The notes below the pieces were generated by a model, which did not search any database, was not told the origin of the DNA, and saw only the letters and a program-made list of their open reading frames with translations. The translations under genes and the position numbers were made by a program. Shown here one piece after another: positions 18,190-28,515 of a stretch of DNA of 38,453 nucleotides. The DNA is from Chlamydiales bacterium (GTDB lineage Bacteria > Chlamydiota > Chlamydiia > Chlamydiales > JBFIDQ01). Numbering within the stretch: the first letter of the stretch is position 1; each line of letters starts with the position of its first letter. The DNA is taken from contig JBFIDQ010000003.1 of assembly GCA_041603795.1 (NCBI GenBank), positions 1 through 38,453 on the forward strand, written 5' to 3'.

Positions 18190-19167
18190 ATGTGGAACCT
18201 TAGAATGGCAGTAGCCGTTTTGCTGAGTTCGCCCTTGTATGGTGATGGAAACCCGGAACCATTTGGGCTGGAAGAAGTTGGGCCTGTGGTTCAGGCCAAT
18301 GCCCCCGTTGATGCTGCCCACCAGGCGTATCAGGATTTTCGTGCGACCATCCTCAATTATCTCGATGACCCTAATAATCAATCGAATAGCGGCAGCACGC
18401 CCTTTTTTGATCCCGTTGCCGGAACATTCATGGGTGGAACCCTCGTCGATGACAACCGTATTGTCCTCCCAATAGCGGCCCACCTACGCATGTATTTTGT
18501 TCGAGAAACGGCGGGATTTTCAAATAGCTTGGGGTTTGTGAAGAGCGAAAACACGGATCTTTTTGATCCTGTGAATCACAACTCACTCATTTTTCCGCTA
18601 ATCGCTGCTGATGGCGATGGTGTTGCTGATCAAGACCTTATTGGCGGACCCGGTTTTTTCAATAGTGGCATAACCGCTTCGCTGCCGGAGGCACCTGTTC
18701 TTCGGGAGCTATTCAATCCGGTAGACGATTTTGTCGACTTAGGAAGTTTTAACGAAGGCCAGGAGATCGAATTCTATTTGATTCCTGATGGCGCAGATGT
18801 TGCGTCCGATGCCACCCTTGCTACAGCAAAGCCCTGGTGGAATCCAAACGACGCATTCGATGCGGATGCACCGGTCTGGTGGAGCGATGATACAAAAAAC
18901 ATCGATTCCAATGATGGGGATACGGATGGCGTCCGACACCTACGTGTTTCCAGCTTTAGCCAGGCACAGACCACGTACTACCTGATGGCGTGGGAGGACA
19001 CTCCGTTCCCTGAAAACCTTGGGGACCCCGTGGATTTCAATGACGTCGTCACCGTTCTTCAGGTTATGCAGGTGCCTGAGCCATCCTTCTACCTTACGCT
19101 AACCGTATTCCTTTGCGTGGCTATGCTGACGAAGAAGCATCGCAAAGTCAAAAGAAGACGAATTTGA
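18190..19167 (+). CDS. Secreted PEP-CTERM sorting-domain protein with a DUF4114-like acidic domain
   Basis: N-terminal signal peptide, AWED...DFNDVV motif, and C-terminal VPEPS + hydrophobic helix + KKHRKVKRRR. AGGAG lies 6 nt before ATG 18190. Confidence 0.85.
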   Translation: MWNLRMAVAVLLSSPLYGDGNPEPFGLEEVGPVVQANAPVDAAHQAYQDFRATILNYLDDPNNQSNSGSTPFFDPVAGTFMGGTLVDDNRIVLPIAAHLRMYFVRETAGFSNSLGFVKSENTDLFDPVNHNSLIFPLIAADGDGVADQDLIGGPGFFNSGITASLPEAPVLRELFNPVDDFVDLGSFNEGQEIEFYLIPDGADVASDATLATAKPWWNPNDAFDADAPVWWSDDTKNIDSNDGDTDGVRHLRVSSFSQAQTTYYLMAWEDTPFPENLGDPVDFNDVVTVLQVMQVPEPSFYLTLTVFLCVAMLTKKHRKVKRRRI

Positions 19168-19214
19168 ATTTCAATTCCCCTATCGGCTAAGGTGCCGTAG
19201 CAGGGAGCACGAGA

Positions 19215-20633
19215 ATGGATTTGTCGTTTGTCAGTGATCAGGATGTCCTCCGTTGGCTTGCAACGGGTACGTTACTGTGCCTCGTCGTTCCAGCTCTAGC
19301 TTGCCTCTGTTTGGTCAGTCGACGGGTCATGCAATTCACGTTTGGGCTCATGGTTTTCTCTGTTTGTAGTCCGGATGATTTCGGCGTCAGCTTTCTTTCC
19401 CGACCGGAATATCGCGCTGCCATTCGCGGATTCGATCTTTACCTTGCCGACTTCTGCGCATTGTCTCTTGCCTTCGTCATTATTTTCCAAGCTAAAACCC
19501 GTCACGTACGCTGGGCTGTTCCACTTTTTTGGCCCTACGTATTGTTTTTGTTAGTGGGTCTATTATCGTGGGGCGCGGCTGTGCCCTCCCTTGTTGTCCC
19601 AGACACACGTGTCCTTGAAACCATAACGGTCACGCCCCCACCCTATTCAATCTTTGACACCTCACTCTACCCTTGGTTTGAGATATGGCGTGTCGTACGG
19701 GGATTGCTCGTGTTCTGGGTTACCGTGAATTTCGTCCGCGACGAAAAAGACCTCCAGACGTTCGTCTGGGCCCTCCTTGCCATGGCGGCCTACCTCACTC
19801 TACAGGCCTTACGAGAGCGCTATTTTTATGGCTCCTATCGTGTATCGACCAATCTACTACACCCCAACGACTTTGCCATTTTTTGCGCCATGCTAAGCGC
19901 CGTTTTCCTACCGCTAGCAATTCAGCAAAAAAACATATGGAAGAGTCTTATTTTGGGCGTGGCAACGCTTGCTATGGGCGGATGTATTGTCATGACCGTT
20001 TCCCGTAGTGCCCTAGCCATTTACCTCGCTATCGCCCTCCTTACCGTTCTGATTCTGCTACCGCGATACTTTAGCGGAAGGAACCTTGCCTACCTTGGAG
20101 CTGCTTTGATTCTGATGGGAGCCGGTGCGGCACGAGCATGGGATACATTGGAGAATCGTTTTTTTAGATTGGCGAGTGTTGAACGCAGCATGAACGAGAG
20201 AGATATGTTCAATAAGGAAGCTGTGCTGATGGTGAGAGACCACCCGTTTGGCGTCGGCCTCGGCAATTTTTCCGCTTGGTCATGGGAGAAGTATGCTGAG
20301 TTGGTGGATGCCGACCTCGAGCCTGGTGTCCCCGCCCATAACATTTGGTACCTTACCTATGGGGAGATGGGTTTTGCCGGAGTAGCAGCCCTCCTCGCGA
20401 TTTGGTTTCGGACCTATCAGCTATCCCTTGTGGGGTGGTGGAGAGGATTAGAAGACTTCCCTAGAGTTCTTCTACTCGGAATCGTTCTCGCCACCGTTGC
20501 CCTTCACTTGCAAAGCCTGTTCCATTTTTCCTATCGAAATGGCGGCATCTATCACCTATTGCAAGTTTTCGTGGGCATATTGGTTGCGCTTATTTTGCTT
20601 CAGAAGGAGCAACGGCGAGCCACTCTTGCATAA
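19215..20633 (+). CDS. O-antigen ligase / Wzy_C-family polysaccharide polymerase
   Basis: Multi-TM protein with HPND, TVSRS, HPFGVGLGNF and AHNIWY...GEMGFAG motifs. Confidence 0.85.
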   Translation: MDLSFVSDQDVLRWLATGTLLCLVVPALACLCLVSRRVMQFTFGLMVFSVCSPDDFGVSFLSRPEYRAAIRGFDLYLADFCALSLAFVIIFQAKTRHVRWAVPLFWPYVLFLLVGLLSWGAAVPSLVVPDTRVLETITVTPPPYSIFDTSLYPWFEIWRVVRGLLVFWVTVNFVRDEKDLQTFVWALLAMAAYLTLQALRERYFYGSYRVSTNLLHPNDFAIFCAMLSAVFLPLAIQQKNIWKSLILGVATLAMGGCIVMTVSRSALAIYLAIALLTVLILLPRYFSGRNLAYLGAALILMGAGAARAWDTLENRFFRLASVERSMNERDMFNKEAVLMVRDHPFGVGLGNFSAWSWEKYAELVDADLEPGVPAHNIWYLTYGEMGFAGVAALLAIWFRTYQLSLVGWWRGLEDFPRVLLLGIVLATVALHLQSLFHFSYRNGGIYHLLQVFVGILVALILLQKEQRRATLA

Positions 20634-20701
20634 AAGGCGTCATCCTGGTATTTGATAAAAATAAGATTATATAATTTAGCTGTTTGAGATGAGGGTAGTG
20701 T

Positions 20702-22936
20702 ATGGACGATGATCACCCATCCCCTGAGGAAGAAAAGCCTCCCGAGGAAGAGCTCTCTAGTGAGGAAATGGCTCGCGCCTACCGCAATTTGGCCTCTCTA
20801 GAGGACTCATTTCGCAGTCTAAAACAAAAACTAGGTCATGCTGAAGGAGGCGACGTGAACCCATCTGAACCAGAAGCATCTACCGATAGAGAAATCCCCT
20901 CACTCTGCCGTGATACGAGTGAACAAGACTTTGTCACTCGCGTAGACTGGAGTAAAATAGGTCTCGGTGTGAAGCGTAAGCTTTGGCTGGTCATGACCTG
21001 CGGCGTGATTGCAGCCGCTATTGGTGCTTTAGGCGCCTTCTCCATGTCGAAAATGAAGCAAGCGACGGCCGTCGTTCTCTTCACCCAGCAACAGAGCATT
21101 AGCGACCCACAGGGGGTCATAGCATCGCGATTCAACGTACAAACCATTGCGGAAATGATCCAATCCCCTCACCACTTTGAAAAAGTGCGTCAGATGCTTG
21201 GAATTGATATTGACGTGAATCGAATTGCCTCAATGGTAAAAGTGATTTCAAGCCGCACCTCAAACGTCATTCAGATCACGGCGGCCTCCGAAAATCCGGA
21301 CCTCTCCATCGATGTGGCAAATGCCCTTGCCCAAGTTAGTGTGGACGACAGCAAGCGTCGCTATCGTGAGCACGCTATGGGCGCCTACGAATACTACGCA
21401 AAAGAGGAAGAGGGTGCTCGAAAGAATCTCGACGAGTACTCCGCTGCAATCACTCGATTCAAGCAGCAGGCTAAAGTGTTTGAGATGGACCTCTCCAACG
21501 AAAGCGCCTCTGAAAACGCTTCCAATCTACAAAAAGAGTACCGTGATGCGGCTATTGAGTATGAGGAACTTCTAGTAGAGTATGAGAATCTACAGAGGGA
21601 AATTGACAAGCTTCCAGAGCACGTGGTGCGCTATGAGTATGATGATAATCCTCTCAAGGCACGAATTGGCCACAAAGAAATGTCGCTGTTGGAAGCTCGC
21701 ACAAAATATGGCCCAGAAAATCCAAAAGTTCAGCTCCTAGAGGAAGAAATCCGACAGCTTCGCATGGCCCTATCAGACTCCAGCTTTGACGACAGTCGTG
21801 AGCAGGTGTATGAGAGAAACTTCATCAAAGAGCAGCTCAATATCGAACAGATGCGGCTACAGGGGAGACTAAGAGGGGCTCAGAAAAAACGCGAAACGCT
21901 AAAACTTGCTTTGTCAGATCTTGACGATAGTTATGAGGAGATCCCTCAGGAGCAACTTGAATACGCAGCACTTTTACGGCGATCCAATCTAGCAAATGAG
22001 GAGGTGATCAAACTCACCGAAGTTAAGCGCGATGCAAAGAGCGCTATGGAACGGGAAGTGAGTGATCTCAAAATTAGGGAGGAGGCCACTGAGGCCACTC
22101 GCCGAAGCACATTTGCTACGCGTGCGCTCCCAACCCTAGCGTTTGCCTTTGGAAGCATACTGGGACTCTTTTTCGTGGCGATTTCAGAAATCACCGATGG
22201 AAAAATCACGACTCCTGGTCAGGTTCGCAAAAACTACAGATCACCTCACCTACTGAGCATTCCGAGGCTAAAAAATCTGGAAACTGATTCGGAAGAAAAG
22301 CTCCTGTTTTACATCCGCACTCTCTCTGAGCGATTGAGTCAGTTGGTACACGATCGCCCCTTCGGTTCGGTAGCGTTCACTAGCTCAAGCGTGGGTGAGG
22401 GAAAAAGCACCATCGCATTCCATCTGGCGAAGTACTACCAACGCCTTGGAATTCGTACGGCCTATGTCGACTTCAGTTATGGTCCGAATCCATACATCAA
22501 TAGCGAATCGGGAATGGTCCTCAACACCTTCCTACATGGCGAAGCAACCCTCGCAGACATCACCATTCCGGGTGTAGTTGATTGCTTCAAGGCGGGCAAT
22601 GAGGAGGACATGAAAGAGCTCCTCAAAAGCGTCAAGATGCGGGAACTCTGGCAACAGCTGAACGACGAGTATGACATGGTCGTCGTAGAGACTCCGGGAC
22701 TGATCGAAGAGCAATATGCTGTCAATATCGCGATTCGTGCCGACCTCTGTCTCTTCGTCCTTGGAGCCTCTCAAGTTGAAAAATCAGAAATCGACTCAAG
22801 CCTACATGAGCTAGAGAGCAGTGGAGTCCGCCCTCACGGGATACTTCTAAGTCGGGTAAACCCTTCGTACATTGAGGACCCGATCATACTAGCCCATGTC
22901 AAAAAGAACGGGCGGAGTAGTGGCCGATCAGCCTAA
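20702..22936 (+). CDS. Wzc/GumC-like chain-length determinant with BY-kinase-like domain
   Basis: Two TMs flanking a coiled-coil periplasmic region (YGPENPKV); Walker A TSSSVGEGKST. Confidence 0.85.
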   Translation: MDDDHPSPEEEKPPEEELSSEEMARAYRNLASLEDSFRSLKQKLGHAEGGDVNPSEPEASTDREIPSLCRDTSEQDFVTRVDWSKIGLGVKRKLWLVMTCGVIAAAIGALGAFSMSKMKQATAVVLFTQQQSISDPQGVIASRFNVQTIAEMIQSPHHFEKVRQMLGIDIDVNRIASMVKVISSRTSNVIQITAASENPDLSIDVANALAQVSVDDSKRRYREHAMGAYEYYAKEEEGARKNLDEYSAAITRFKQQAKVFEMDLSNESASENASNLQKEYRDAAIEYEELLVEYENLQREIDKLPEHVVRYEYDDNPLKARIGHKEMSLLEARTKYGPENPKVQLLEEEIRQLRMALSDSSFDDSREQVYERNFIKEQLNIEQMRLQGRLRGAQKKRETLKLALSDLDDSYEEIPQEQLEYAALLRRSNLANEEVIKLTEVKRDAKSAMEREVSDLKIREEATEATRRSTFATRALPTLAFAFGSILGLFFVAISEITDGKITTPGQVRKNYRSPHLLSIPRLKNLETDSEEKLLFYIRTLSERLSQLVHDRPFGSVAFTSSSVGEGKSTIAFHLAKYYQRLGIRTAYVDFSYGPNPYINSESGMVLNTFLHGEATLADITIPGVVDCFKAGNEEDMKELLKSVKMRELWQQLNDEYDMVVVETPGLIEEQYAVNIAIRADLCLFVLGASQVEKSEIDSSLHELESSGVRPHGILLSRVNPSYIEDPIILAHVKKNGRSSGRSA

Positions 22937-22958
22937 ATATTGGAAGGAGAGAACGAGT

Positions 22959-24146
22959 ATGGCAAGGAAATGGACCTCACTGTTGGCGCTGCTCCTTCTC
23001 TTGATGGTGACCTCCTGCGCAAGAAAAACAGCAGCAGTAAAAGTACCCGCAGAAAAACGCGCTGCAAAACTCACCGATGATGGTTGGCGAAGAGTTGGTG
23101 ATAAAACGGATTGGGACCGAGAGGGAAAAATCCGTGCGGGTCTAACAGACGATGACTTCAAGCCGTATGATCCAAGCAAGTACGTCATCGCCGTTGGGGA
23201 TATTCTTGAGGTCTCCATCTTTGGACACGGCGACCTCCTCAGCAAGGACATTCCTGTTGCCCCGGATGGTCACCTCTACTACTTCTTTCTCGATGGCATT
23301 CCAGCTGCTGGACGCACCCCTAGAGATGTCAGCAACGAGATAGAGGCCAACATTCGCCATCTATTTGCTAGTCCAGAAGTCACCATCATTCCAAAAAATA
23401 CGACCTCGTCAACCTATGTCATCATGGGCAAGGTACAGCACCCTGGCGAATACACGATCGATTCATCACTGACCCTACGTCAGGCCATCGGCTCGTCCGG
23501 AGGCCTCGCCTCAGGTGGGTACCGAGGCACGTCCATCAACGTGGCTGCCCTCGACCACTCGTTTGTGGTACGTAATGGAAGAAAGCTTCCTGTCGACTTC
23601 AAAAAGCTGCTCAGTGAGGACAATCCGGATGATAGCCAGGATATCTATGTGCGACCAGGTGACTACATCTATATTGCATCTGGGCTGATTCATAAGATCT
23701 ATAAGCTCGGAGCTGTTCCAGAAAATCGAGCGGTAACTTGGTCAGATGATTTAACATTGGTCACAGCACTAACTGGCTACTCCGGACAAGATGGCGGATT
23801 CCATGGCACGGTGACCAGCACGTCCAATGCTGATTCGACTCACTACCGCACTACTGATTACGGCGGTGGGCGTGGCGTTGACCTCCCATACCGTGCAGAG
23901 GCGGCGATCGATCGCATCCTCATCATTCGCGGAGCCCTCGAAAAGCCTAGCGTTTTGACGGTCAATTTGGTCGACATCTTGAACGGAAAGGCCAACGACG
24001 TTTACCTCGTGCCGGGAGACATCATCTTCGTACCTGAAAAGAAACATAAGTTTACCCGCCACCTCATCAAGCGAGCAATTCTCACCTTCGCTTCCAGCTT
24101 TGCTGGTACGGCAGGGGATCACTTTACTGAAGCATGGTTGGATTAA
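22959..24146 (+). CDS. Wza-like polysaccharide export lipoprotein (Poly_export + SLBB)
   Basis: Lipobox MARKW...MVTSC, YVIAVGDILEVSIFG, VRPGDYIYI, LVPGDIIFVP. Confidence 0.85.
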   Translation: MARKWTSLLALLLLLMVTSCARKTAAVKVPAEKRAAKLTDDGWRRVGDKTDWDREGKIRAGLTDDDFKPYDPSKYVIAVGDILEVSIFGHGDLLSKDIPVAPDGHLYYFFLDGIPAAGRTPRDVSNEIEANIRHLFASPEVTIIPKNTTSSTYVIMGKVQHPGEYTIDSSLTLRQAIGSSGGLASGGYRGTSINVAALDHSFVVRNGRKLPVDFKKLLSEDNPDDSQDIYVRPGDYIYIASGLIHKIYKLGAVPENRAVTWSDDLTLVTALTGYSGQDGGFHGTVTSTSNADSTHYRTTDYGGGRGVDLPYRAEAAIDRILIIRGALEKPSVLTVNLVDILNGKANDVYLVPGDIIFVPEKKHKFTRHLIKRAILTFASSFAGTAGDHFTEAWLD

Positions 24147-24149
24147 AGG

Positions 24150-25247
24150 ATGGGCATGATGTCGCAATTTCTAACGTTTTTGGCCCTCTTCTTTATGACA
24201 GCAACTCCCGTTGTTAGTGAAGAGTTCGTTCCTGTGGAAATAGGACCGCTAGCGGGGGATGATGCACTCCTCACGAGTGACGAGGATAGAGTCGTCAACG
24301 ATCGCAAGTTCTTTGAAAAAGCGGAGGAATCTCTGCGAAAGGAATCGATGGTCGTCGATGGTTACCGACTTCGAGTGGGGGATACGATTCAGGTATCCAT
24401 CTATGGAGAGGCCAATACGGAGCGTGTGCTGACGGTGGACAGTCATGGCGGAATCTCCTATCTGCTGATCGATCGAGTGCTAGCCGTTGGAAAAACCATC
24501 AATGAGCTACGCAAAGAGATCAATGACAAGCTACGCGAAAAGCTGCGCTTTGCCCTCGTAAACGTGGTACCGGTTCGCTTCGGAGGCCTGCACTACACTT
24601 TACTTGGTGAAATAGAGATCCCGGGAAAAAAGCCCATTGTCGGCACAACGACTCTGCTAGAGGCTCTCGCATCTGGCGGTGGATTCCGAATGGGGTACTT
24701 TCGCGATGGAACGGTTGACTTAGCCGATCTTCACTATGCCTTTGTGGCGCGCAATGGGGAGTACGTACCGGTGGACTTCTATGCTCTTATTGTCGAGGGC
24801 GATGTCTCGCAAAATATTGAGATCAAAAACAATGACTACATCTATATTCCAAGTTCACTAAACCGACAGATCTATGTGCTGGGTCAGGTCAACCTCCCAG
24901 CAAATATTGGTTACCTCAACAACCAAACCCTACTGGGCGCGATCGCCAAGGCAAGAGGAATTACCCCCCTGGCATCAGATGATGCGTACATCATTCGGGG
25001 ATCGCTCGCCGAGCCTCAGAAGATAAAGGTCAATTTGCACAAAATGTTTCGTGGCGAGGAACCAGATATCCTTCTGAAGCCGGGAGACATTGTTTTCGTG
25101 CCGCCAAGACAAACGCTATTCATCGAGGACATCCTAAAGACAGCCATCCGCTCCTTCGTTTGGGCCTCTGCTCACGTGATGGGCCGTGAGGCGTTCGAAG
25201 AGGTGCACCCACACGCTGCCGGTAGCGGCAGCTTCAACGCTTTTTAA
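24150..25247 (+). CDS. Second Wza-like polysaccharide export / SLBB protein
   Basis: Signal peptide, YRLRVGDTIQVSIYG, IYVLGQV, LKPGDIVFVP. Confidence 0.85.
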   Translation: MGMMSQFLTFLALFFMTATPVVSEEFVPVEIGPLAGDDALLTSDEDRVVNDRKFFEKAEESLRKESMVVDGYRLRVGDTIQVSIYGEANTERVLTVDSHGGISYLLIDRVLAVGKTINELRKEINDKLREKLRFALVNVVPVRFGGLHYTLLGEIEIPGKKPIVGTTTLLEALASGGGFRMGYFRDGTVDLADLHYAFVARNGEYVPVDFYALIVEGDVSQNIEIKNNDYIYIPSSLNRQIYVLGQVNLPANIGYLNNQTLLGAIAKARGITPLASDDAYIIRGSLAEPQKIKVNLHKMFRGEEPDILLKPGDIVFVPPRQTLFIEDILKTAIRSFVWASAHVMGREAFEEVHPHAAGSGSFNAF

Positions 25248-25249
25248 CG

Positions 25250-26506
25250 ATGAAAGAGATCAAGAAGGTCTGCCACATCATGAGGCGCTTCACCCTCGAT
25301 CAATGGGGGGGAACGGAATCTTCTGTTCTCAATATTTCACGACACCTTGAAATGCGGGGTATCGAAAGCATCATCTATTCAACCGACATGTTTGAGTCGG
25401 CTGGCCACGATGAAATCGACGGAGTCGAGGTGCAGCGCTACCGTTATTCATTTCCTTGGTTTCAATTGAGTGAACAGGAAAAAATGGAAATGGCTCTAAG
25501 AGGGGGGAGTCCGCTCTCGCTACCTCTCTTCTTTTCACTGCTCAAGGAAAAAGATCTTTCTCTCATCCACACTCATGTTCAGGATCGCCTCGGGGGAATG
25601 GCAAGGACTGTTGCACGGTGGCGGCGCATTCCATACTTCGTGACCCTACACGCGGGCTATCTGACCCTATTGAAGAGTCATTCTGAGAGGGTGATGGAAC
25701 CGTTTCAAGACAAGTGGGAGTGGGGCAAAGCATTTGGATTTGCTTTTGGATCTCGACGCACTCTAGTCGATGCTGCGGGTATCATTTGCGTGGGTAAAGA
25801 CGAATATGAGGTCCTCTCAGAAGAGTATCCTGACAAAAAGATTTTCTACCTCCCCAATGGTGTGAACACTGAGCGCTTTTGCAATGGCGACGCCTCCTTG
25901 AGCCGCGCGCATTTTGGGTACACTCCAGACGACTACCTCATCATCAACGTAGGCCGTATTGACGAGCAGAAGAATCAAGTGCTTCTAGTGCAAGCCTTTG
26001 CACATTACGCAAAAAATCACCCCAAAGCAAAGTTGCTCATTGCGGGGCCAGTAACTGTCGACAGCTACCGCCAATACATTGAGCAAGTGATCGTAGAGAA
26101 GGGAATTTCCGACCGAGTGAAAGTGATTCCAGGCATTCCACCACACGACCCTCTTCTTGCGAGCCTCTTTAAGGCAGCTGACCTCTTTGTCCTGCCAAGC
26201 CGCATTGAGCCGTTCGGCATTGTAATTCTGGAAGCATGGGCGGCGGGACTGCCAGTAGTCGCAAGTCGTGTCGGCGGCATACCAGGGTTTACACGCCATC
26301 GTGGAAACGCTTTGCTGTTCACTTCGGAGAATGAAAAGGAACTTGTCCAGGCGATGGAGGAGGTCTCCACTAATGAATCACTTGCTCAACGCCTGATCGC
26401 AAACGGAAAAAAAGAAGTGTTGCAATACGACTGGGAAACGGTAACCGGCCAACTGCTAGAGATCTACGACACGGTACGGCGCGGCAGGGGTGCAGCAAGG
26501 GTATAG
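25250..26506 (+). CDS. Glycosyltransferase family 4
   Basis: WGGTE, PNGVN, VGRIDEQKNQ, FVLPSRIEPFGIVILEAWAAGLPVV. Confidence 0.92.
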   Translation: MKEIKKVCHIMRRFTLDQWGGTESSVLNISRHLEMRGIESIIYSTDMFESAGHDEIDGVEVQRYRYSFPWFQLSEQEKMEMALRGGSPLSLPLFFSLLKEKDLSLIHTHVQDRLGGMARTVARWRRIPYFVTLHAGYLTLLKSHSERVMEPFQDKWEWGKAFGFAFGSRRTLVDAAGIICVGKDEYEVLSEEYPDKKIFYLPNGVNTERFCNGDASLSRAHFGYTPDDYLIINVGRIDEQKNQVLLVQAFAHYAKNHPKAKLLIAGPVTVDSYRQYIEQVIVEKGISDRVKVIPGIPPHDPLLASLFKAADLFVLPSRIEPFGIVILEAWAAGLPVVASRVGGIPGFTRHRGNALLFTSENEKELVQAMEEVSTNESLAQRLIANGKKEVLQYDWETVTGQLLEIYDTVRRGRGAARV

Positions 26507-27707
26507 GAGGGGGATTGATTTGACGCTAGCTGAGCAAAAAGTGAAGGTGAGGGCAAAACTTAGCGTGGGATTTTCCAGCTTCGTTCTGCAAAGCGGCCTA
26601 TCAGGAATCTCCACCTACATCGAGAATCTCTTGCCCGCTTTGCTGAAAGCAAACCCAAACAATCACTACGATGTTTTTATTCCTGAATGCGACCGACATG
26701 TTCTTCAAGAGCTAGGGAGCCAGGAACGTCTAATCTCGACCTCATCGCATTTCACGCGCCCCATTCCATCCATTCTCTGGCACAATCTAGTTCTACCTCG
26801 CATCACAAAGAAGCAGAAATACGACTGCATCCATATCCCCACGTATCGTCGAATCCCTGCCATCAAAAAATGCCCAGTAGTCGCCACGGTACACGACCTC
26901 GCTCCGCTCTCCTATTCCCGCAAATATGGTCGACTGCACACTCTGTTCAATGCGACAACGGTCCCTCGATTGATAGAGGGATGTGACCACGTGGTAGCGG
27001 TGAGTCACTATACCAAACAGGACATCTTGAGGTACTCTAATATTCCGGAAGAAAAAGTTTCCGTGATCTATTCCGGAATCGATCATGACATCTACCGCCG
27101 TGCACCCGAAGATGAGGCGTGGCAACGTCTGGGAGAACGATATAACCTTAACCAGCCTTTCATGATCTACGTCTCACGCCTCGAATACCCCGGAAAGAAT
27201 CACCTCAACCTCATCCGCGCCTTCGAATCGTTCAAGCGCCGCAACCAAACCCAACATCAGCTCGTATTAGTAGGTGCAGACTGGCCAGGAGTCGACCAAA
27301 TTCGGGCAGCAGCGGCGGCAAGTGAGTTTGCGCACGACATTCATATCCTCGGATTTGTGCCCACGCAGGACGTCGTGGCGCTCTATTCCGTATGTGATCT
27401 GATGGTGCACCCTTCGTACTTCGAAGGATTTGGGTTCCCCGTGGTGGAAGCTTCCGCCTGCGGCGCTCGCGTCATCTGCTCGAATAACTCATCGCTACGA
27501 GAACTCGGCAAGCTCGGCAACCTGCCCATGTTTGTCCCAGGGGATATGATTGCAATCCGCTCCTGCATGGAGACCGCTCTTTCACAGGAGTGGACACAAG
27601 CCGACCGTGCCGAAGCGGTACGCTTTGCTGACCAATTCCAATGGAACGAAACGGCCAACAGGCTCCTCGATGTCTACGAAATGGCCGCTAACAGCGGGTC
27701 CCGATAG
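26490..27707 (+). CDS. Glycosyltransferase family 4 (start uncertain)
   Basis: SGISTY, TVHDL, VSHYTK, HPSYFEGFGFPVVEASACG. Confidence 0.9.
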   Translation: MQQGYRRGIDLTLAEQKVKVRAKLSVGFSSFVLQSGLSGISTYIENLLPALLKANPNNHYDVFIPECDRHVLQELGSQERLISTSSHFTRPIPSILWHNLVLPRITKKQKYDCIHIPTYRRIPAIKKCPVVATVHDLAPLSYSRKYGRLHTLFNATTVPRLIEGCDHVVAVSHYTKQDILRYSNIPEEKVSVIYSGIDHDIYRRAPEDEAWQRLGERYNLNQPFMIYVSRLEYPGKNHLNLIRAFESFKRRNQTQHQLVLVGADWPGVDQIRAAAAASEFAHDIHILGFVPTQDVVALYSVCDLMVHPSYFEGFGFPVVEASACGARVICSNNSSLRELGKLGNLPMFVPGDMIAIRSCMETALSQEWTQADRAEAVRFADQFQWNETANRLLDVYEMAANSGSR

Positions 27708-27845
27708 ATTTACACCTTATGGCTCACGCCAATAGCTGGAGTTCTGACCAGGCGTAGTCTCTAGCAAGTCATATCGAGCGACGGCATCAACTTGTGGACA
27801 CGAAGCAATCGGGCTATAGGTTCACTCCATTCATAAATCGTAAAA

Positions 27846-28388
27846 CTATCCACTCTCAGTGGATGGTTGCTGAAAATGATCTTCGCTAGGAGAGTTGTCC
27901 ATGATCTCTATCGCTTCCTGCCAGGTTTCCTTGTGCATTCCCAGAAAAGACATCTCCTCGGAAACCTGGCTATCATAGTAAATCTTTTCAGGAATACCAG
28001 TAACAAGAGCTATATTTTTTACTACACCCCCTCTAGGATCATAAAAGTAGAAAGTCAAACGTAGATGCTCAAAACCGAAGACCCCACCTTCAGCAAACGA
28101 TCGAAGTTTTGAATTCCGATTAAGTTGATTAATAAACTCTCGACAGGAGCCCACAAATATCTCTCTTGCTTCAGAAACAACGGGGTCAAGAGGTATTCCG
28201 ACCATCAAGCTAATGTACTGGATTTGACCCTTGAGATGCGCCACCCAAATTTCACAACTCTCGGAACCTGGGTATCTCTGCTCGATTTTGTCAGCAAAAA
28301 TAGAAGCTTCTGCGTAGGCTTCTTTTACCCCCTCTCCTTGAAAGCAGCAAGTAAGCATCATTAGAAAAAAAACAAGCAATGGATTCAT
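27846..28388 (-). CDS. Putative orphan Rhs immunity protein (lipoprotein-like), paralog of 28516..29061
   Basis: Hydrophobic leader ending in LTCC. Shares AY.EA..FA.KIE.RYPG, QI.YISL and ETWQEAIEI.DN.P.EDHF with its neighbour. Confidence 0.7.
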   Translation of the reverse strand: MNPLLVFFLMMLTCCFQGEGVKEAYAEASIFADKIEQRYPGSESCEIWVAHLKGQIQYISLMVGIPLDPVVSEAREIFVGSCREFINQLNRNSKLRSFAEGGVFGFEHLRLTFYFYDPRGGVVKNIALVTGIPEKIYYDSQVSEEMSFLGMHKETWQEAIEIMDNSPSEDHFQQPSTESG

Positions 28389-28504
28389 CCAGCATATCTC
28401 CTTTGGAATCTTCTATTATTATCCCGCCTAGCCTCAGCATATGTCTCGCTAACGAGCGGATGGGGGCTAGTCATAGGTTTGTTATTTAGGGCACCACGCA
28501 CCAT
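28385..28504 (-). pseudogene. Orphan Rhs toxin C-terminal remnant (39 aa, not in the ORF track)
   Basis: Reads MVRGALNNKPMTSPHPLVSETYAEARRDNNRRFQRRYAG*. It aligns without gaps to the Rhs C-terminus (8/25 identities), and its TGA overlaps the ATG of the next gene. Confidence 0.7.
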
Positions 28505-28515
28505 TCTGCCGTTGC

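Noticed and set aside
27708-27845. Possible third toxin remnant (LRFMNGVNL resembling SMNGWNC)
   Set aside because: The match is too short and is followed immediately by stops.
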